Assembly: GCA_963668025.2 (NCBI GenBank) | Contig: CAXXTH010000013.1 | Coordinates: 23,038 to 87,037 of the forward strand | Length of the DNA: 64,000 bases | Direction of reading: 5' to 3' | From: Candidatus Hydrogenedentota bacterium | Lineage (GTDB): Bacteria > Hydrogenedentota > Hydrogenedentia > Hydrogenedentales > SLHB01 | In this document: positions 28,322 through 39,129 of the stretch, piece after piece | How the letters are laid out: each line of letters opens with the position of its first letter | How positions within the stretch are numbered: position 1 is the first letter of the stretch | Translations under genes and position numbers: made by a program | Notes under the pieces: model-generated | What the model was told of the DNA's origin: nothing | Database searches by the model: none | Seen by the model: the letters and a program-made list of their open reading frames with translations, nothing else

Positions 28322-29632
28322 TTATCCCACAGCATATCCGAATATCATCCCGCTGATCGTCGCCATGATGATCACAAGAGAGACATATACGACGGTCTTT
28401 TTCGTACCGAGAACACCACGGAGGACCAGCATGCTCGGCAGGCTCAGTGCGGGACCTGCCAGTAGTAGGGCGAGCGCGGGGCCTTGGCCCATGCCGTTTC
28501 CGATGAGGCCCTGTAGAATGGGCACTTCCGTGAGTGTGGCGAAATACATGAACGCCCCCGCCACCGATGCGAACAGGTTGGCCCCGAGCGAGTTTCCGCC
28601 CACCATTGACGCCACCCATGAAGAAGGAATTAAACCTTCCTCACCGGGCCGGCCGAGCAGGAAGCCCGCCATCAGCACGCCCAGGAGCAGCAGAGGCATG
28701 ATTTGCTTGGCGAAGGTCCAGGAGGCGGAAAACCAGGAACGCATTTCTTCGTTTTCCGTATTCGTCAGGATGGAAAGGCCCAGCATGCCAATGGCAAACG
28801 AAATGATGGGCTCATGAGGCCTTGCGAGGATCGCCGCCGTGACCGTTATGGCCACGATGAGCATTTTCCACCACCGCACCTGGAACCATGCCACGAGCAT
28901 CACCCCGAGCGACGAGGCCGCCACGGCGGTAAAGGCCCATTTCCAGGCGTAGAAGAAATGCCAGACGCCTTCTTGGGCTTCCGGTTTTCCCCAGTTGGCG
29001 AATATGAGCACGGCCACCATGGAGGCGAAGTATAGGACATTGTGCATCAATGGCCGTTGCGTTTCGGCTTCCGGCAGCACGGCGGCGGCCTTGGCTTTCG
29101 CTTGTTCTTCTTTGCGGAAAATCAGGTGCATGAGAAGGCCAATGACCACGCTGAATGCAATAGCCCCTACGGCGCGGGCGATGCCTAACTGAAGGCCCAA
29201 TACGCGGGCGGTCAATATAATGGCGAGGACGTTAATAGCCGGGCCTGAGTAGAGGAACGCCGTGGCGGGGCCGAGTCCCGCGCCCATTCGGTAGATGCCC
29301 GCGAATAAGGGCAGGACCGTGCAGGAGCATACAGCCAGTATGGTGCCCGAAGCGGACGCCACGCCGTATGCCAGCACTTTCGGCGCATTGGCTCCGAGGT
29401 ATTTCATCACGGAGGCTTGATTAATAAAGACGGAAATAGCGCCTGCGATGAAGAACGCGGGAACCAGGCAGAGCAGCACGTGCTCACGGGCATACCATTT
29501 GGCGAGATGCAGCGACTCCATTACCGCGTTATCGAAACGGGGCCACCCGAGGGGGAGGTAGAAAAACAACACAAACGCGGCTGTGATCCAAGCCAGCGGC
29601 TTCCATTCTTTTCGCCAATCCATAAAAAACAT
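28322..29632 (-). CDS. ArsP/DUF318-family permease
   Basis: AVCSCTVLPLFAG, FLYSGPAIN, MYFATLTEVPI and LLAGPALSLP motifs. Confidence 0.9.
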   Translation of the reverse strand: MFFMDWRKEWKPLAWITAAFVLFFYLPLGWPRFDNAVMESLHLAKWYAREHVLLCLVPAFFIAGAISVFINQASVMKYLGANAPKVLAYGVASASGTILAVCSCTVLPLFAGIYRMGAGLGPATAFLYSGPAINVLAIILTARVLGLQLGIARAVGAIAFSVVIGLLMHLIFRKEEQAKAKAAAVLPEAETQRPLMHNVLYFASMVAVLIFANWGKPEAQEGVWHFFYAWKWAFTAVAASSLGVMLVAWFQVRWWKMLIVAITVTAAILARPHEPIISFAIGMLGLSILTNTENEEMRSWFSASWTFAKQIMPLLLLGVLMAGFLLGRPGEEGLIPSSWVASMVGGNSLGANLFASVAGAFMYFATLTEVPILQGLIGNGMGQGPALALLLAGPALSLPSMLVLRGVLGTKKTVVYVSLVIIMATISGMIFGYAVG

Positions 29633-29684
29633 GCCCTTAATTTGTTAATTTAGCCAAACAAGCAAATAGTAGGTTCGAAAAAAC

Positions 29685-30014
29685 TCAGTCCTTTTGCAGA
29701 AGCGCCATTTGATCCTTTGCATTGGCCTCCAACACGGTTTCAATGCAGCCGAAGAGTTTAACCACACAAGGAATGCGCAAGGTGTAGAAGACTTGCAGGC
29801 CTCGTTTATCGTCTTGCACAATGCCCGCCGCCTTGAGGACGCTGAGGTGGCGGGAGACTGTTGACATGTCCATACCCACCAATTGGGCCAGCTCGCATAC
29901 GCAGCGCGGGCCTTTGGCGAGCTCTTCGACCATGCATAGCCGTGCGGGATGGCCAAGGGCTTTATAGATTTGCGCTCTAGCTGCGCACCGGGCATGTGTT
30001 TTTACATCCATCAA
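29685..30014 (-). CDS. ArsR/SmtB-family metalloregulator
   Basis: KALGHPARL, CVCEL and STVSRHLSVLK motifs, plus C-terminal PC..GC. Confidence 0.93.
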   Translation of the reverse strand: MMDVKTHARCAARAQIYKALGHPARLCMVEELAKGPRCVCELAQLVGMDMSTVSRHLSVLKAAGIVQDDKRGLQVFYTLRIPCVVKLFGCIETVLEANAKDQMALLQKD

Positions 30015-30040
30015 ACACCTCTCGTGAATTGCTATTTTGC

Positions 30041-30069
30041 ATTTTATACAAATACTTTGTGTTTGTCAA
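30041..30069 (-). promoter_or_regulatory. sigma70 promoter of the ArsR operon
   Basis: Minus strand TTGACA, 17-bp spacer, TAAAAT. Confidence 0.7.
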
Positions 30070-30365
30070 CTCTTCGGATTGTCTTAGTTGCGAGTTCCTG
30101 AAGTATCGTTGAATGCATATTAAGTATTGTGGCTGAAAGATCTAGAATGATTAGTAAAATATGTTTTATGCAAATATATTTTTTTATATTTATATTTATG
30201 TGATACTAAAGCTGCCGGCCTCTCTATCTGTTTCTAGCATTTGTTAGGCCTGTTTTTCCAGTCTTGTTATGACCCCATCCCATATGAAGGCCATGATGTT
30301 ATGCCGTTTCATTATTTGACCTTCGAAAATCTCTAACTCCTTATATTTCTATAGTTTAAAACCTC

Positions 30366-30393
30366 TTGACTTTCACATAGGCAATGGTATAAT
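30366..30393 (+). promoter_or_regulatory. sigma70 promoter of locus B
   Basis: TTGACT, 16-bp spacer ending TGG, TATAAT (extended -10). RBS aggagg at 30415-30420. Confidence 0.7.
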
Positions 30394-30424
30394 ATTGCTT
30401 CATCAAAATTAGCAAGGAGGCCAT

Positions 30425-31489
30425 ATGCTGGCGGCTTTACGAAAGTATGATAAGCAGTTGGTTGAACTCTCCACGAAGATGGGTGGAGTTTTAGTGTCCC
30501 CTAATCTGCAGGGGAGGATCTTTTGCCATATATCGCATGAGCTGATACAACGCTTGGACCATGCGTTGCTTAAGCGGCCGGATATGAATGCCTACAACAA
30601 TTTAGGCGGCAATACTCTTTGGCCTGCCCCGGAAGGGGGTTCATATGCGTTCAATTACCTTCCTGGTAGCGAGGAATGGCTGGTGCAGCCAGGTATCGGG
30701 CAAACGAATCCAGAAGTGATTTCCCAGAGTGAAGATATGGTGCGAATCGCCAAATCGGTGTCTCTTAAAAATCGTAAAGGCCTGTCCATATCTCTTGACA
30801 TATCTCGTGCTGTCCGCTCTCTTGATATTGATGCTGATATTGAAGGATTTGATGTAACTGGGATCGCCTATGAATCGGAAGACCGTTTTGAGCCGAAGGG
30901 GCAGTATTCGCCGGATGATGTGATTATCGCACCGTGGTCACTCGAGCAATTTCCGAGTGTGGACCGGACTATCGCATTTGCCCAAGTCGAGGCTCCACGC
31001 GAAGCTCTTAGTACGGATTTCTATGAGGATCCCGGGCAGAGGATTTTTTTCGCGGAGCAATTGATGGTCTATATACTGGGGGGGGAATCCCGCCAGCAGA
31101 TAGGGATCAAGGCGAGGAATAATCCTACGTTAATAGGCGCATTGGATCGAAGGCGCTCAATGCTTATTTTGCGCAGCACGCCAGTGCGTTCAGGAACTTA
31201 TTTTAATATAGCGGATAATGCCCAAGAAAATGGGCCGTATTCGGATTCCTCCTGTTATAGCATTTTCAACGGGGGGGAGCTTGGTTTCTATGAATTAGAG
31301 ACTATCGCTCCTCTTTGCGCGGAAAATGGAACTCTTTCTCCCAATTCGCTTCATTCTCAAACGTTTATCCTAAAAGGCCGTTTGAAAGAATTGCAGCGGT
31401 TCTTACTCGAGCAAAAAGGTATTGACCTGAACCAAACAGTTTATCCTAGCAACGCAGATGAATTTGAATTAGCGTTAAAACGGAGCTGA
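30425..31489 (+). CDS. DUF6786-like protein (possible mutarotase-like beta fold)
   Basis: P.LQGRI, NLGGNTLWPAPEGG and C-terminal GFYELET motifs, recognised from memory. Confidence 0.6.
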   Translation: MLAALRKYDKQLVELSTKMGGVLVSPNLQGRIFCHISHELIQRLDHALLKRPDMNAYNNLGGNTLWPAPEGGSYAFNYLPGSEEWLVQPGIGQTNPEVISQSEDMVRIAKSVSLKNRKGLSISLDISRAVRSLDIDADIEGFDVTGIAYESEDRFEPKGQYSPDDVIIAPWSLEQFPSVDRTIAFAQVEAPREALSTDFYEDPGQRIFFAEQLMVYILGGESRQQIGIKARNNPTLIGALDRRRSMLILRSTPVRSGTYFNIADNAQENGPYSDSSCYSIFNGGELGFYELETIAPLCAENGTLSPNSLHSQTFILKGRLKELQRFLLEQKGIDLNQTVYPSNADEFELALKRS

Positions 31490-31667
31490 CTAAGTGGCTT
31501 AGTACGCCCATGCGGCGTTAAGGAACGTTGATTTTATTTGCAAGGTAGAACTGTGACATACAGGATACGCCGAGCCATTCGAGTACTGCGGTTTTCATGC
31601 GGCTGAATGTATGCCGCATGTGAGGAGTAGGGTCAGTTAAGCAACATTTAAAAAGGGAGGATGCGTC

Positions 31668-33101
31668 ATGAAGAGTAAATGGCAGTTATCTGTTGCAGGA
31701 ACTATCGCATTATGCGCGTTCCTAATATTAGCGTCTTCAGCGGGAGCGGATTGGAAAGGCGTCATTGCATCAGGAGACTGGGATGATGCAAGCACATGGT
31801 CGGAGGGTAATATGCCCAACCCAGCCGGTGGGGATGTGATCGGACTCAATTTAGGCGACTTTAGCTCCTATATTACCAGTTCCTATATTGTAACGGGCGC
31901 TTATGGCCCAGGGTTTGTCGGTGCTAACAGTTCCTTAATCATCAAGAACGGCGGTTCGCTAACATGTGATGGCACTTCGGGCTGGATTATGGGCAACGGC
32001 CCGGATAATGTGGGTAAGCTCATCATTGAGGCAGGCGGCGCTTTTCATCAGACAGGCGGTTATGCCATGTTCTGCTCCCGTCCCTGGGAAGATTTTGCAG
32101 GAACTGGCATAATCATTGTGAAGTCGGGGGGAACGTTCACCATTAATGAAGGCACTATGCTGTATTTGGGCTTATCAGATACAGAAGGCGCAAGCGACTA
32201 CCAGCATGGTGTTTTCCAAGTGGTAGGCGGCGGCGCTACCATTACGGTGCCCCAATTCCGCGCCCACCAGCATGCGGAAGTGATCGCCAGTCCGACTGCC
32301 AATGGCACTGCAGGGCTTAGCACGATTCAATGTGGCTGGTTCGTTCACCGGACAGGAGATGCCTCAGCGGACACGAAGACGACTCTGACGGTTGCACCGA
32401 ATTATGTGGTGAGCAATGGCGATTCTTGGAATATCGCCCATGCCTCTGGCGGAATTGTCAATCAGTTCGCCACCATTCAAACCATCCCTTCTGATATGAC
32501 GGTGACGGTAGACCAAACGGCGACGGATATCACGGCTACGGTTACTGGCGTACCGGCTGCTCCCACCGCACCGAGCGGCGTGACAGCATTTGCGGGTTCA
32601 ACAACCTCTATTGATGTAGCCTGGACCGATAATAGCGAAGAGTATGCGTTCAAGGTGGAACGAAAAGAAGGCGCTGGCGATTTTGCCCAAGTAGCCCTCC
32701 TGGATGCGGATGTGGTTACGTTTGCGGATTCAGGTTTGACGGTGGACACCGACTATACCTATCGCGTGACTGCTTTAGGCGCGGGTGGCCAGGCTGTTTC
32801 GGGTGAAGCGAATGCTTCGACACCTCCCGATGTAGCAGGAATGGCGCAAGCGGATGCTGAAACCGCTATTACTGGTGCGGGCTTCACCGTGGGCGAAGTC
32901 TCAAGCGAAAACAGTGATACGGCGCCGGCGGGAACGGTTATTTCGATGTCGCTAGTTCCAGGAACGACGACAGTTGATCTGGTCGTTTCACTTGGGCCTG
33001 CGGTCCAGCCTGATCTGCCGGTGATGGGTCTCGCGGGGCTTCTGCTGTTACTGAGCGGCGTCTCGGTGCTTGCCGCACGTAAATTGAGCAAGAATTCCTA
33101 A
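31668..33101 (+). CDS. Secreted surface protein with FN3 and PASTA-like domains and a C-terminal anchor
   Basis: Signal peptide; FN3 (WTDNS..FKVER..DSGL..YTYRVTA); PASTA (PDVAGMAQADAETAITGAGFTVG..VDLVVSLGP); tail DLPVMG-hydrophobic-RKLSK. Confidence 0.8.
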   Translation: MKSKWQLSVAGTIALCAFLILASSAGADWKGVIASGDWDDASTWSEGNMPNPAGGDVIGLNLGDFSSYITSSYIVTGAYGPGFVGANSSLIIKNGGSLTCDGTSGWIMGNGPDNVGKLIIEAGGAFHQTGGYAMFCSRPWEDFAGTGIIIVKSGGTFTINEGTMLYLGLSDTEGASDYQHGVFQVVGGGATITVPQFRAHQHAEVIASPTANGTAGLSTIQCGWFVHRTGDASADTKTTLTVAPNYVVSNGDSWNIAHASGGIVNQFATIQTIPSDMTVTVDQTATDITATVTGVPAAPTAPSGVTAFAGSTTSIDVAWTDNSEEYAFKVERKEGAGDFAQVALLDADVVTFADSGLTVDTDYTYRVTALGAGGQAVSGEANASTPPDVAGMAQADAETAITGAGFTVGEVSSENSDTAPAGTVISMSLVPGTTTVDLVVSLGPAVQPDLPVMGLAGLLLLLSGVSVLAARKLSKNS

Positions 33102-33116
33102 AAAAGCATCTTGTTT

Positions 33117-33168
33117 AGGGCGCACGAGCCTGCTTATCGGCTTCGATTCGTGCGGTGTCGTGCGCCCT
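33117..33168. terminator. Inverted repeat after the surface-protein gene
   Basis: agggcgcacga / tcgtgcgccct arms followed by a pyrimidine-rich tract. Confidence 0.45.
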
Positions 33169-33250
33169 TACCTTCCTTTGTCTTCTCAAAATGCCCTCAT
33201 TTCTCTGTTTTTTCACATTGGCTAAAGTGTGTTGATGGGAGAGTATCCCG

Positions 33251-35116
33251 GTGCAGCTTCATATCATAGACTGGATTTTAGTGGCAGGATACTGCATCGC
33301 GACATTTTGGATAGGCCTTTATTATTCAAAACGCGCCAGCCAAAATATCAATGAATTTTTTGTTGCCGGAAATAATTTATCTTGGTGGATCGCGGGTACC
33401 TCCATGGTGGCCACCACATTTGCGGTAGACACTCCTCTAGTCGTTTCTGGGCTGGTGCGCAAGGGCGGCATCTACGAAGTATGGTATATGTGGAGCCTGG
33501 CCATGGGCGGCGTGCTCACGGTATTCTTCTTTGCACGCCTATGGCGGCGGGCGGGAATCATCACGGATGCGGAGTTTGTCGAACTGCGGTATTCCGGCAA
33601 AGCGGCGGCGGCGCTACGCGCTTTTCAAGCTGTATTCAATGGCATTATTGTGAATTGTATTGTGATCGGATGGGTCATGCTGGCCATGGTCAAGATCACG
33701 GGCGTGCTGTTTGATCTCGACTGGCTTACAGCGAAGGCTATTGCCGCAACAGGCATCGAGCTAGATTGGGGAAAGATTATTACCGTTGCGGCATGTTCAA
33801 TATTTGTCTTGATTTACACGATTTCCTCAGGTTTTTGGGGAGTGGTAATGACCGATTTCCTCCAATTTATCGTTGCAATGGCCGGAGCCATTTCTTTGGC
33901 GGCAGTTGTGCTTTGGCAGATGGGAGGCCCTGCTGGGATGGTGGAGCAGGTCGCAGCGTCGCCTGGTTTTTCTCCCAAAGTGATGGCGTTTGTCCCCACG
34001 CTCCAATCCGCGGGGAAGCTTGCCTTTATTACTTTTGTGGTGCAGCTTAGTGTGCAATGGCTGGGCGCTGGCCCGGGGGCAGGATATATCGTCCAGCGGA
34101 TGGTGGCGACGAAAAACGAGAAGCATGCGGTATTGTCGGCTCTTTGGTTCAATATAGCCAACAACGCGATTCGGCCATGGCCATGGATCATAGTTGGCTT
34201 GGCTTCTCTGGTTTATTTCCCAATAAACGTCGAGTCCGACGCTGAGATGGCCTATCCGCGGATGATGATGACGCTTCTTCCTACGGGCCTGAAAGGGCTT
34301 ATGCTGGCTTCTATGCTTGCAGCTTTCATGAGCACCATTGATACCCAATTGAATTGGGGAGCTTCTTATCTAGTCAGCGATATATACCGGCGATTTATGA
34401 AGAAAAATGCTTCTGATAAACATTATGTAAATGTATCCCGCCTTGCGATGTGTCTGTTATTAGCCCTTGGCGGCATAGCGGCATGGCAATCCCAAACTAT
34501 CTCCGCGGTCTGGAAGTATTTAATGACCCTTATGTCAGGCGGCGCAATGGTGGCTTTGCTGCGCTGGTACTGGTGGCGCGTGAATCCTTGGTCGGAGATC
34601 AGCGCATTGGTTGCTTCCCTAATCTTCGCGAATGCCAACATCTTTTGCCGGCTTCTTGCTGTAACGGGAATTCTTCCCACTTCGGCAATGTCGCGTATCG
34701 AATGGTTCTATTCAGAAGAGTTATACGCGGTCCGACTCTTTTTCATCATCGTTCTTTGTACAATAGTATGGGTTGTAGTGACTTATCTTACCGCGCCAGT
34801 ATCGGACGCCCATCTAGAGCGGTTTTACCGGAAAGTGCGTCCTGGCGGATGGTGGAACCATATTGCAAAACGGTGTAGTGATGTTGAAGCGGATTCCGTG
34901 GCTCGTGAATGGATTGGCTGGGTTGTGGGAGTGATATCCATTTATGCCAGCGTGTTTGGCCTTGGTTATCTATGTTTAGCCAGGCCTTTCATGGGAATTG
35001 GTGTTCTTATTATCGCTGCTATTACCGGATGGATGACCGTAGTGTACGCTTCCCATGGCGCTTTCGCGAATTGGACGGATGAAGGAGCAAGAAAAAATGA
35101 AAGTGAGGGTTCATAG
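33251..35116 (+). CDS. Sodium:solute symporter (SSS) family protein
   Basis: GTSMVATTFAVDTP, GVVMTDFLQF, VQRMVAT and AAFMSTIDT motifs. GTG start after gggaga. Confidence 0.92.
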   Translation: MQLHIIDWILVAGYCIATFWIGLYYSKRASQNINEFFVAGNNLSWWIAGTSMVATTFAVDTPLVVSGLVRKGGIYEVWYMWSLAMGGVLTVFFFARLWRRAGIITDAEFVELRYSGKAAAALRAFQAVFNGIIVNCIVIGWVMLAMVKITGVLFDLDWLTAKAIAATGIELDWGKIITVAACSIFVLIYTISSGFWGVVMTDFLQFIVAMAGAISLAAVVLWQMGGPAGMVEQVAASPGFSPKVMAFVPTLQSAGKLAFITFVVQLSVQWLGAGPGAGYIVQRMVATKNEKHAVLSALWFNIANNAIRPWPWIIVGLASLVYFPINVESDAEMAYPRMMMTLLPTGLKGLMLASMLAAFMSTIDTQLNWGASYLVSDIYRRFMKKNASDKHYVNVSRLAMCLLLALGGIAAWQSQTISAVWKYLMTLMSGGAMVALLRWYWWRVNPWSEISALVASLIFANANIFCRLLAVTGILPTSAMSRIEWFYSEELYAVRLFFIIVLCTIVWVVVTYLTAPVSDAHLERFYRKVRPGGWWNHIAKRCSDVEADSVAREWIGWVVGVISIYASVFGLGYLCLARPFMGIGVLIIAAITGWMTVVYASHGAFANWTDEGARKNESEGS

Positions 35117-38100
35117 TCTTTTTTTCTATTCGATAATTCAAAGAAAGCTACGTAGTAAAGGCATATTTTTGGGGGCCTCTAGCATCCTATTCGCACTCTA
35201 TTTGAGCCCTAGCGCTTTAGGAGAATCGCAGAATCCGATGCAACAGACAGGACAAGGACGATTTTTACAGATGGAAAATAAATACTTTCGATTCGAGATT
35301 GGGGAGAACGCCCAAAATGTACGTTTTCTGGACAAAACAAATGGTGCAGATTATTGCCAGGAAGGAGCGCCTACCGCTTTCGCTTCTATCAAGAAGCAAG
35401 GGAACACCTATTTTGCTTCCGCGGCTTCACTACACGATGGCCGTTTAGCGCTTATCTTTGGCGAGTCTGGAATTCGGGCGGAAATCAAGATCACATCGAA
35501 ACAGAACTACTTCATCTTTGAAGTGATTTCTGTGAGTGAGCATGACATTGATGAATTGACGTTTATCGATATTCCACTCCGTGTAAAGGGGACACTTGAA
35601 GAGCCTTTTGCCGCATGCGCGTTAGCGTTGAATCTGAAAACTTTTGGCTGCCAGATTCCTGGGCCAAATACCCATTTGCTGGCGAAGTGTTTTCCAAGGT
35701 TTGGGCTTGAAGGAGCAGCGTGCGCGATCATTGGATGCCCGCCCCAGGAGCTTCGCGGTTTCATCCAGGAAGTAGTGACTGCCTCGCCAGAACTGCCAAA
35801 GTCGTCTCTTGGCGGCGCTTGGGCGCTTGATGCGGACATCAATAAGGGCTCCTACATGATTGACTTTTATGCCGATCAAGTCAGCGAGGCCACTATAGAC
35901 AATTGGATTAAAGCGGCGAAGCAAGTTGGCGCTACGCAAATCGTATTTCATGCGGGCAAATCATTTCGATTCGGAGATTATGCGCCAAATCCCGAATTAT
36001 ATCCAAGAGGCCTTGAAAGCGTGCGGGATGTTGTCGCTAAGATTCATGCAGCCGGGCTTTCTGCGGGGCTGCAAACGTACGCTTTCTTCATGGCTAAAGA
36101 TGCTCCTTGGGTGACGCCCATACCAGATCCGTGCCTAGAAAAAGATGCGACATTCACGTTGTCGGAGCCGACGACGAAGGAATCAACTACTGTATTGGTG
36201 GAAGAATCCACTGAGAACATGTCCACACTAACGGCATTCCATGTCATGAACAGCGTGACGCTTCAAATTGAGAATGAGTTAATTGAGTATCGCGGCATAG
36301 ACAAGAGCAAGCCGTATGCGTTTACTCAATGTGAACGTGGCGTATTGGGCACTACGGTATCCGAGCATCCAAAAGGAGCTGCCGTCCATCATCTGAAAGA
36401 ACGTTTCGGTCTGTTCGCGCCAGAGGGTGATTCAACACTTTTCACCGAGATCGCGGATAGAACCGCTGAAGTGTATAACACATGCGATTTTGATTTGTTA
36501 TACATTGATGCACTAGATGGCGCGACCCTTTATGGCCCTGGCGAGGTGTATGAATATTATGCCGCCAAATATGCTTATGAGGTGGTTAAGAGGCTGAAAA
36601 GGCCCGCTTGTATTGGCCTCAGCACATTTTCCCATCATTTATGGCATATTGTATCCAGGCTCAACGCACGTGATGCGCCTCATATGGCATATAAAATGTT
36701 CATCGACTGCCATTTTAACGCCAACCAGATAGATGAACGGAAGTTGCTCCCATTGAATATGGGTTGGTGGTGCGCCTATTTCGGGCCGTGGCGGAGCATG
36801 GCAACGCAATTCATGTACCCAGAAGATATCGAATATCTGTGTTGCAAATCTCTTGCGGGAAGATACAGCTTATCTTTGCTGGCTGGTTTTGCACCAGAAG
36901 AGTTATCCACATATGCTCTTTCCAAGCAGATGGCCGGGATCATTAATCGATATGAAAAAATACGGCTTTCCGGGAGTATATCGAATGAAGTCAAAGCGCG
37001 GCTGTCCGCACAAGAGGATTTTACCCTGGCATTAGGCCCTGATCAGGTTTGGCGTTTTAAACCAATCCAATATATGAAGCACAAAATTGAAGGAGATGAT
37101 AGGAGGGAGGCTGAATGGACTGTCTCGAATCCTTTTGAAAGGCAGCCCCTACGAATGCGTATTGAAGCCCTTATGTCGGCCTCTCCATATGACAGTGCTT
37201 CAAGTGTTCAATTGACCAATTGCCTTAATCCAGAGGAATTTTCACAGCCTGTTTGCAGTAGAGGCGTGTCGAGCACGTACGAAATCGCTACTGATCCGGA
37301 AAAGAGTGGAAAGCCTTGCGGCGCCTATTCCGCAATTAATAAACAAGGAAATCCCTATTGCGCATGGTCGGCTCTCACAAAAGAGTTTGCAGTAGCGCCG
37401 GATTTGGTGGACCACGGTTTTGGCCTCTGGGTGTATGGAGATGGCAAGGGTGAAACTATCAATCTGCATCTTCAAACACCCTGGCATGTGAGCTCAGGAA
37501 TCCGAGATTACTACATCGTGGCCGATTTCACTGGATGGCGTTATTGCATGCTGGTGGAATCGGAATCAGAACGTCTGAGAGATTATCGCTGGCCTTACTT
37601 CTATAAGGATCCCGTAAATACTCCTACAGGCGATTATGGTTTGCCATATTCTTACGCAGACGCCGCAACAGAATTCAAACCGGGTTTTGTTTCCAAAGAC
37701 TTGCAGTGGGACAGCCTGTTTTGGATGAATTATGCAAAAGTGAACAAGCTCAGCGTCTATTATGGCAATCTGCCGGAAAACAAGGAAGTTAAGTGCCATA
37801 TTGGACCCATTAAGGCCCTTCACCTTCAGAAGAAGACGATGAAGAATCCTACAATCGTTATCGGCGGTGAAGCAGTCACATTTCCTGTCGAGCTAGAAAG
37901 CGGCTGCTATATTGAATTTCGCTCCATGGCGGATTGTTGGGCGTATAATCAAGAAGGCGATGTTATCGAAAAAATTGAGCCTCGAGGCAAAGCCCCTATG
38001 CTTGATGCTGGCGGGAATGCATTCCAGTTTTCGTGCGATCCCGATTCGAATAAGGAAAACGTGCGGGCTGCCGTTACGATCATGGCGACTGGCGAGCCTT

Positions 38101-38138
38101 TTGGTGAGCCTATGCGTTTTGATACGGAAGGTAACTAG
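35097..38138 (+). CDS. Large secreted putative glycoside hydrolase (uncharacterised), paralogue of 51529-54426
   Basis: RBS gaaggag before ATG 35097; signal-like N-terminus. IHAAGLSAGLQTY, LYIDALDG and CBM-like GLWVYGDGKG blocks. Confidence 0.6.
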   Translation: MKVRVHSLFFYSIIQRKLRSKGIFLGASSILFALYLSPSALGESQNPMQQTGQGRFLQMENKYFRFEIGENAQNVRFLDKTNGADYCQEGAPTAFASIKKQGNTYFASAASLHDGRLALIFGESGIRAEIKITSKQNYFIFEVISVSEHDIDELTFIDIPLRVKGTLEEPFAACALALNLKTFGCQIPGPNTHLLAKCFPRFGLEGAACAIIGCPPQELRGFIQEVVTASPELPKSSLGGAWALDADINKGSYMIDFYADQVSEATIDNWIKAAKQVGATQIVFHAGKSFRFGDYAPNPELYPRGLESVRDVVAKIHAAGLSAGLQTYAFFMAKDAPWVTPIPDPCLEKDATFTLSEPTTKESTTVLVEESTENMSTLTAFHVMNSVTLQIENELIEYRGIDKSKPYAFTQCERGVLGTTVSEHPKGAAVHHLKERFGLFAPEGDSTLFTEIADRTAEVYNTCDFDLLYIDALDGATLYGPGEVYEYYAAKYAYEVVKRLKRPACIGLSTFSHHLWHIVSRLNARDAPHMAYKMFIDCHFNANQIDERKLLPLNMGWWCAYFGPWRSMATQFMYPEDIEYLCCKSLAGRYSLSLLAGFAPEELSTYALSKQMAGIINRYEKIRLSGSISNEVKARLSAQEDFTLALGPDQVWRFKPIQYMKHKIEGDDRREAEWTVSNPFERQPLRMRIEALMSASPYDSASSVQLTNCLNPEEFSQPVCSRGVSSTYEIATDPEKSGKPCGAYSAINKQGNPYCAWSALTKEFAVAPDLVDHGFGLWVYGDGKGETINLHLQTPWHVSSGIRDYYIVADFTGWRYCMLVESESERLRDYRWPYFYKDPVNTPTGDYGLPYSYADAATEFKPGFVSKDLQWDSLFWMNYAKVNKLSVYYGNLPENKEVKCHIGPIKALHLQKKTMKNPTIVIGGEAVTFPVELESGCYIEFRSMADCWAYNQEGDVIEKIEPRGKAPMLDAGGNAFQFSCDPDSNKENVRAAVTIMATGEPFGEPMRFDTEGN

Positions 38139-38194
38139 ATGGTTGAGTTCAAATAATACGCGCCGGAAAGGCGGAGAACGAAAGGAATATCCTC

Positions 38195-39073
38195 ATGCAA
38201 GTCATGCTGGGATTCGACATGGAAACGGATGTTGGCAGTTGGACCCCCTATTATAATGGGCTTCGTCCGGGAACAGAAGCCATATTGGGCGTCTTAAAAA
38301 AACATAGCATTAGCGGTACATTTTTCTTTACGGCGGATTGCGCGCGGAAGCATCCGGATGTGGTGGCGGCTGTTCGAAATGCAGGCCATGAAATCGGAGC
38401 ACATACGCTTTTTCATGAGACTTTGGGGGATGAGATTTTCCCCATCCCTGGAATGATGCCTATTTTGCCTGAGGAAGTGCCTAATCGCATTCGCTTATGC
38501 ACCAAAATAATTGGTGAAATTTCCGGCGTGGCGCCAGTCTCGTTTCGCTGTCCCCGCTTATTTGGATCAACTACGGTTGCCAATACATTGGATGAACTGG
38601 GATACCTTACGGATTCCACTTATCCCATGTATTACTTCAGGGAGCGTTTGCGCCCCTATCATCCGAGCAAGGAAGACTGGACAAAAGAAGGCGATCTTCG
38701 CCTGCTGGAATTACCCTTGTTTGCGGATCTTTCGATGCAAACGCAAGATGAATATGGACGTGATATGGACCAGTGGCCCCTCTATCGCACGGAGGGAGCG
38801 CATGCCCTCCTGTCGCATATTGATGGTTTCGCTGGATATTGCCGCACGCGTAATATTGATCCGTTTTTAGCTTTTTATTTTCATCCGTGGGAGTTTCATC
38901 CCATGCCTCAAGGGCCGATTCCCACTAGTGAAGGTTCTGTGACGCCTCTTCCATTCATTGTAAAAAATTGCGGAGAATACGCTATCGAGCAGCTTGATCT
39001 AACGATTGAGAATCTTTTGGAGCGTAAAGCTGAGTTCCGGCAAGCCCGCGAAATGGCGCTCGAGGCCCAATAA
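38195..39073 (+). CDS. Polysaccharide deacetylase (CE4/NodB-like)
   Basis: GFDME, GTFFF, GHEIGAHTLFH, SFRCP and FYFHPWEF motifs. Confidence 0.9.
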   Translation: MQVMLGFDMETDVGSWTPYYNGLRPGTEAILGVLKKHSISGTFFFTADCARKHPDVVAAVRNAGHEIGAHTLFHETLGDEIFPIPGMMPILPEEVPNRIRLCTKIIGEISGVAPVSFRCPRLFGSTTVANTLDELGYLTDSTYPMYYFRERLRPYHPSKEDWTKEGDLRLLELPLFADLSMQTQDEYGRDMDQWPLYRTEGAHALLSHIDGFAGYCRTRNIDPFLAFYFHPWEFHPMPQGPIPTSEGSVTPLPFIVKNCGEYAIEQLDLTIENLLERKAEFRQAREMALEAQ

Positions 39074-39129
39074 TCATGCGGGCCCGTTGTACTGCTAAGA
39101 GAATTCATGGATTCACATAGGAAGATTCA

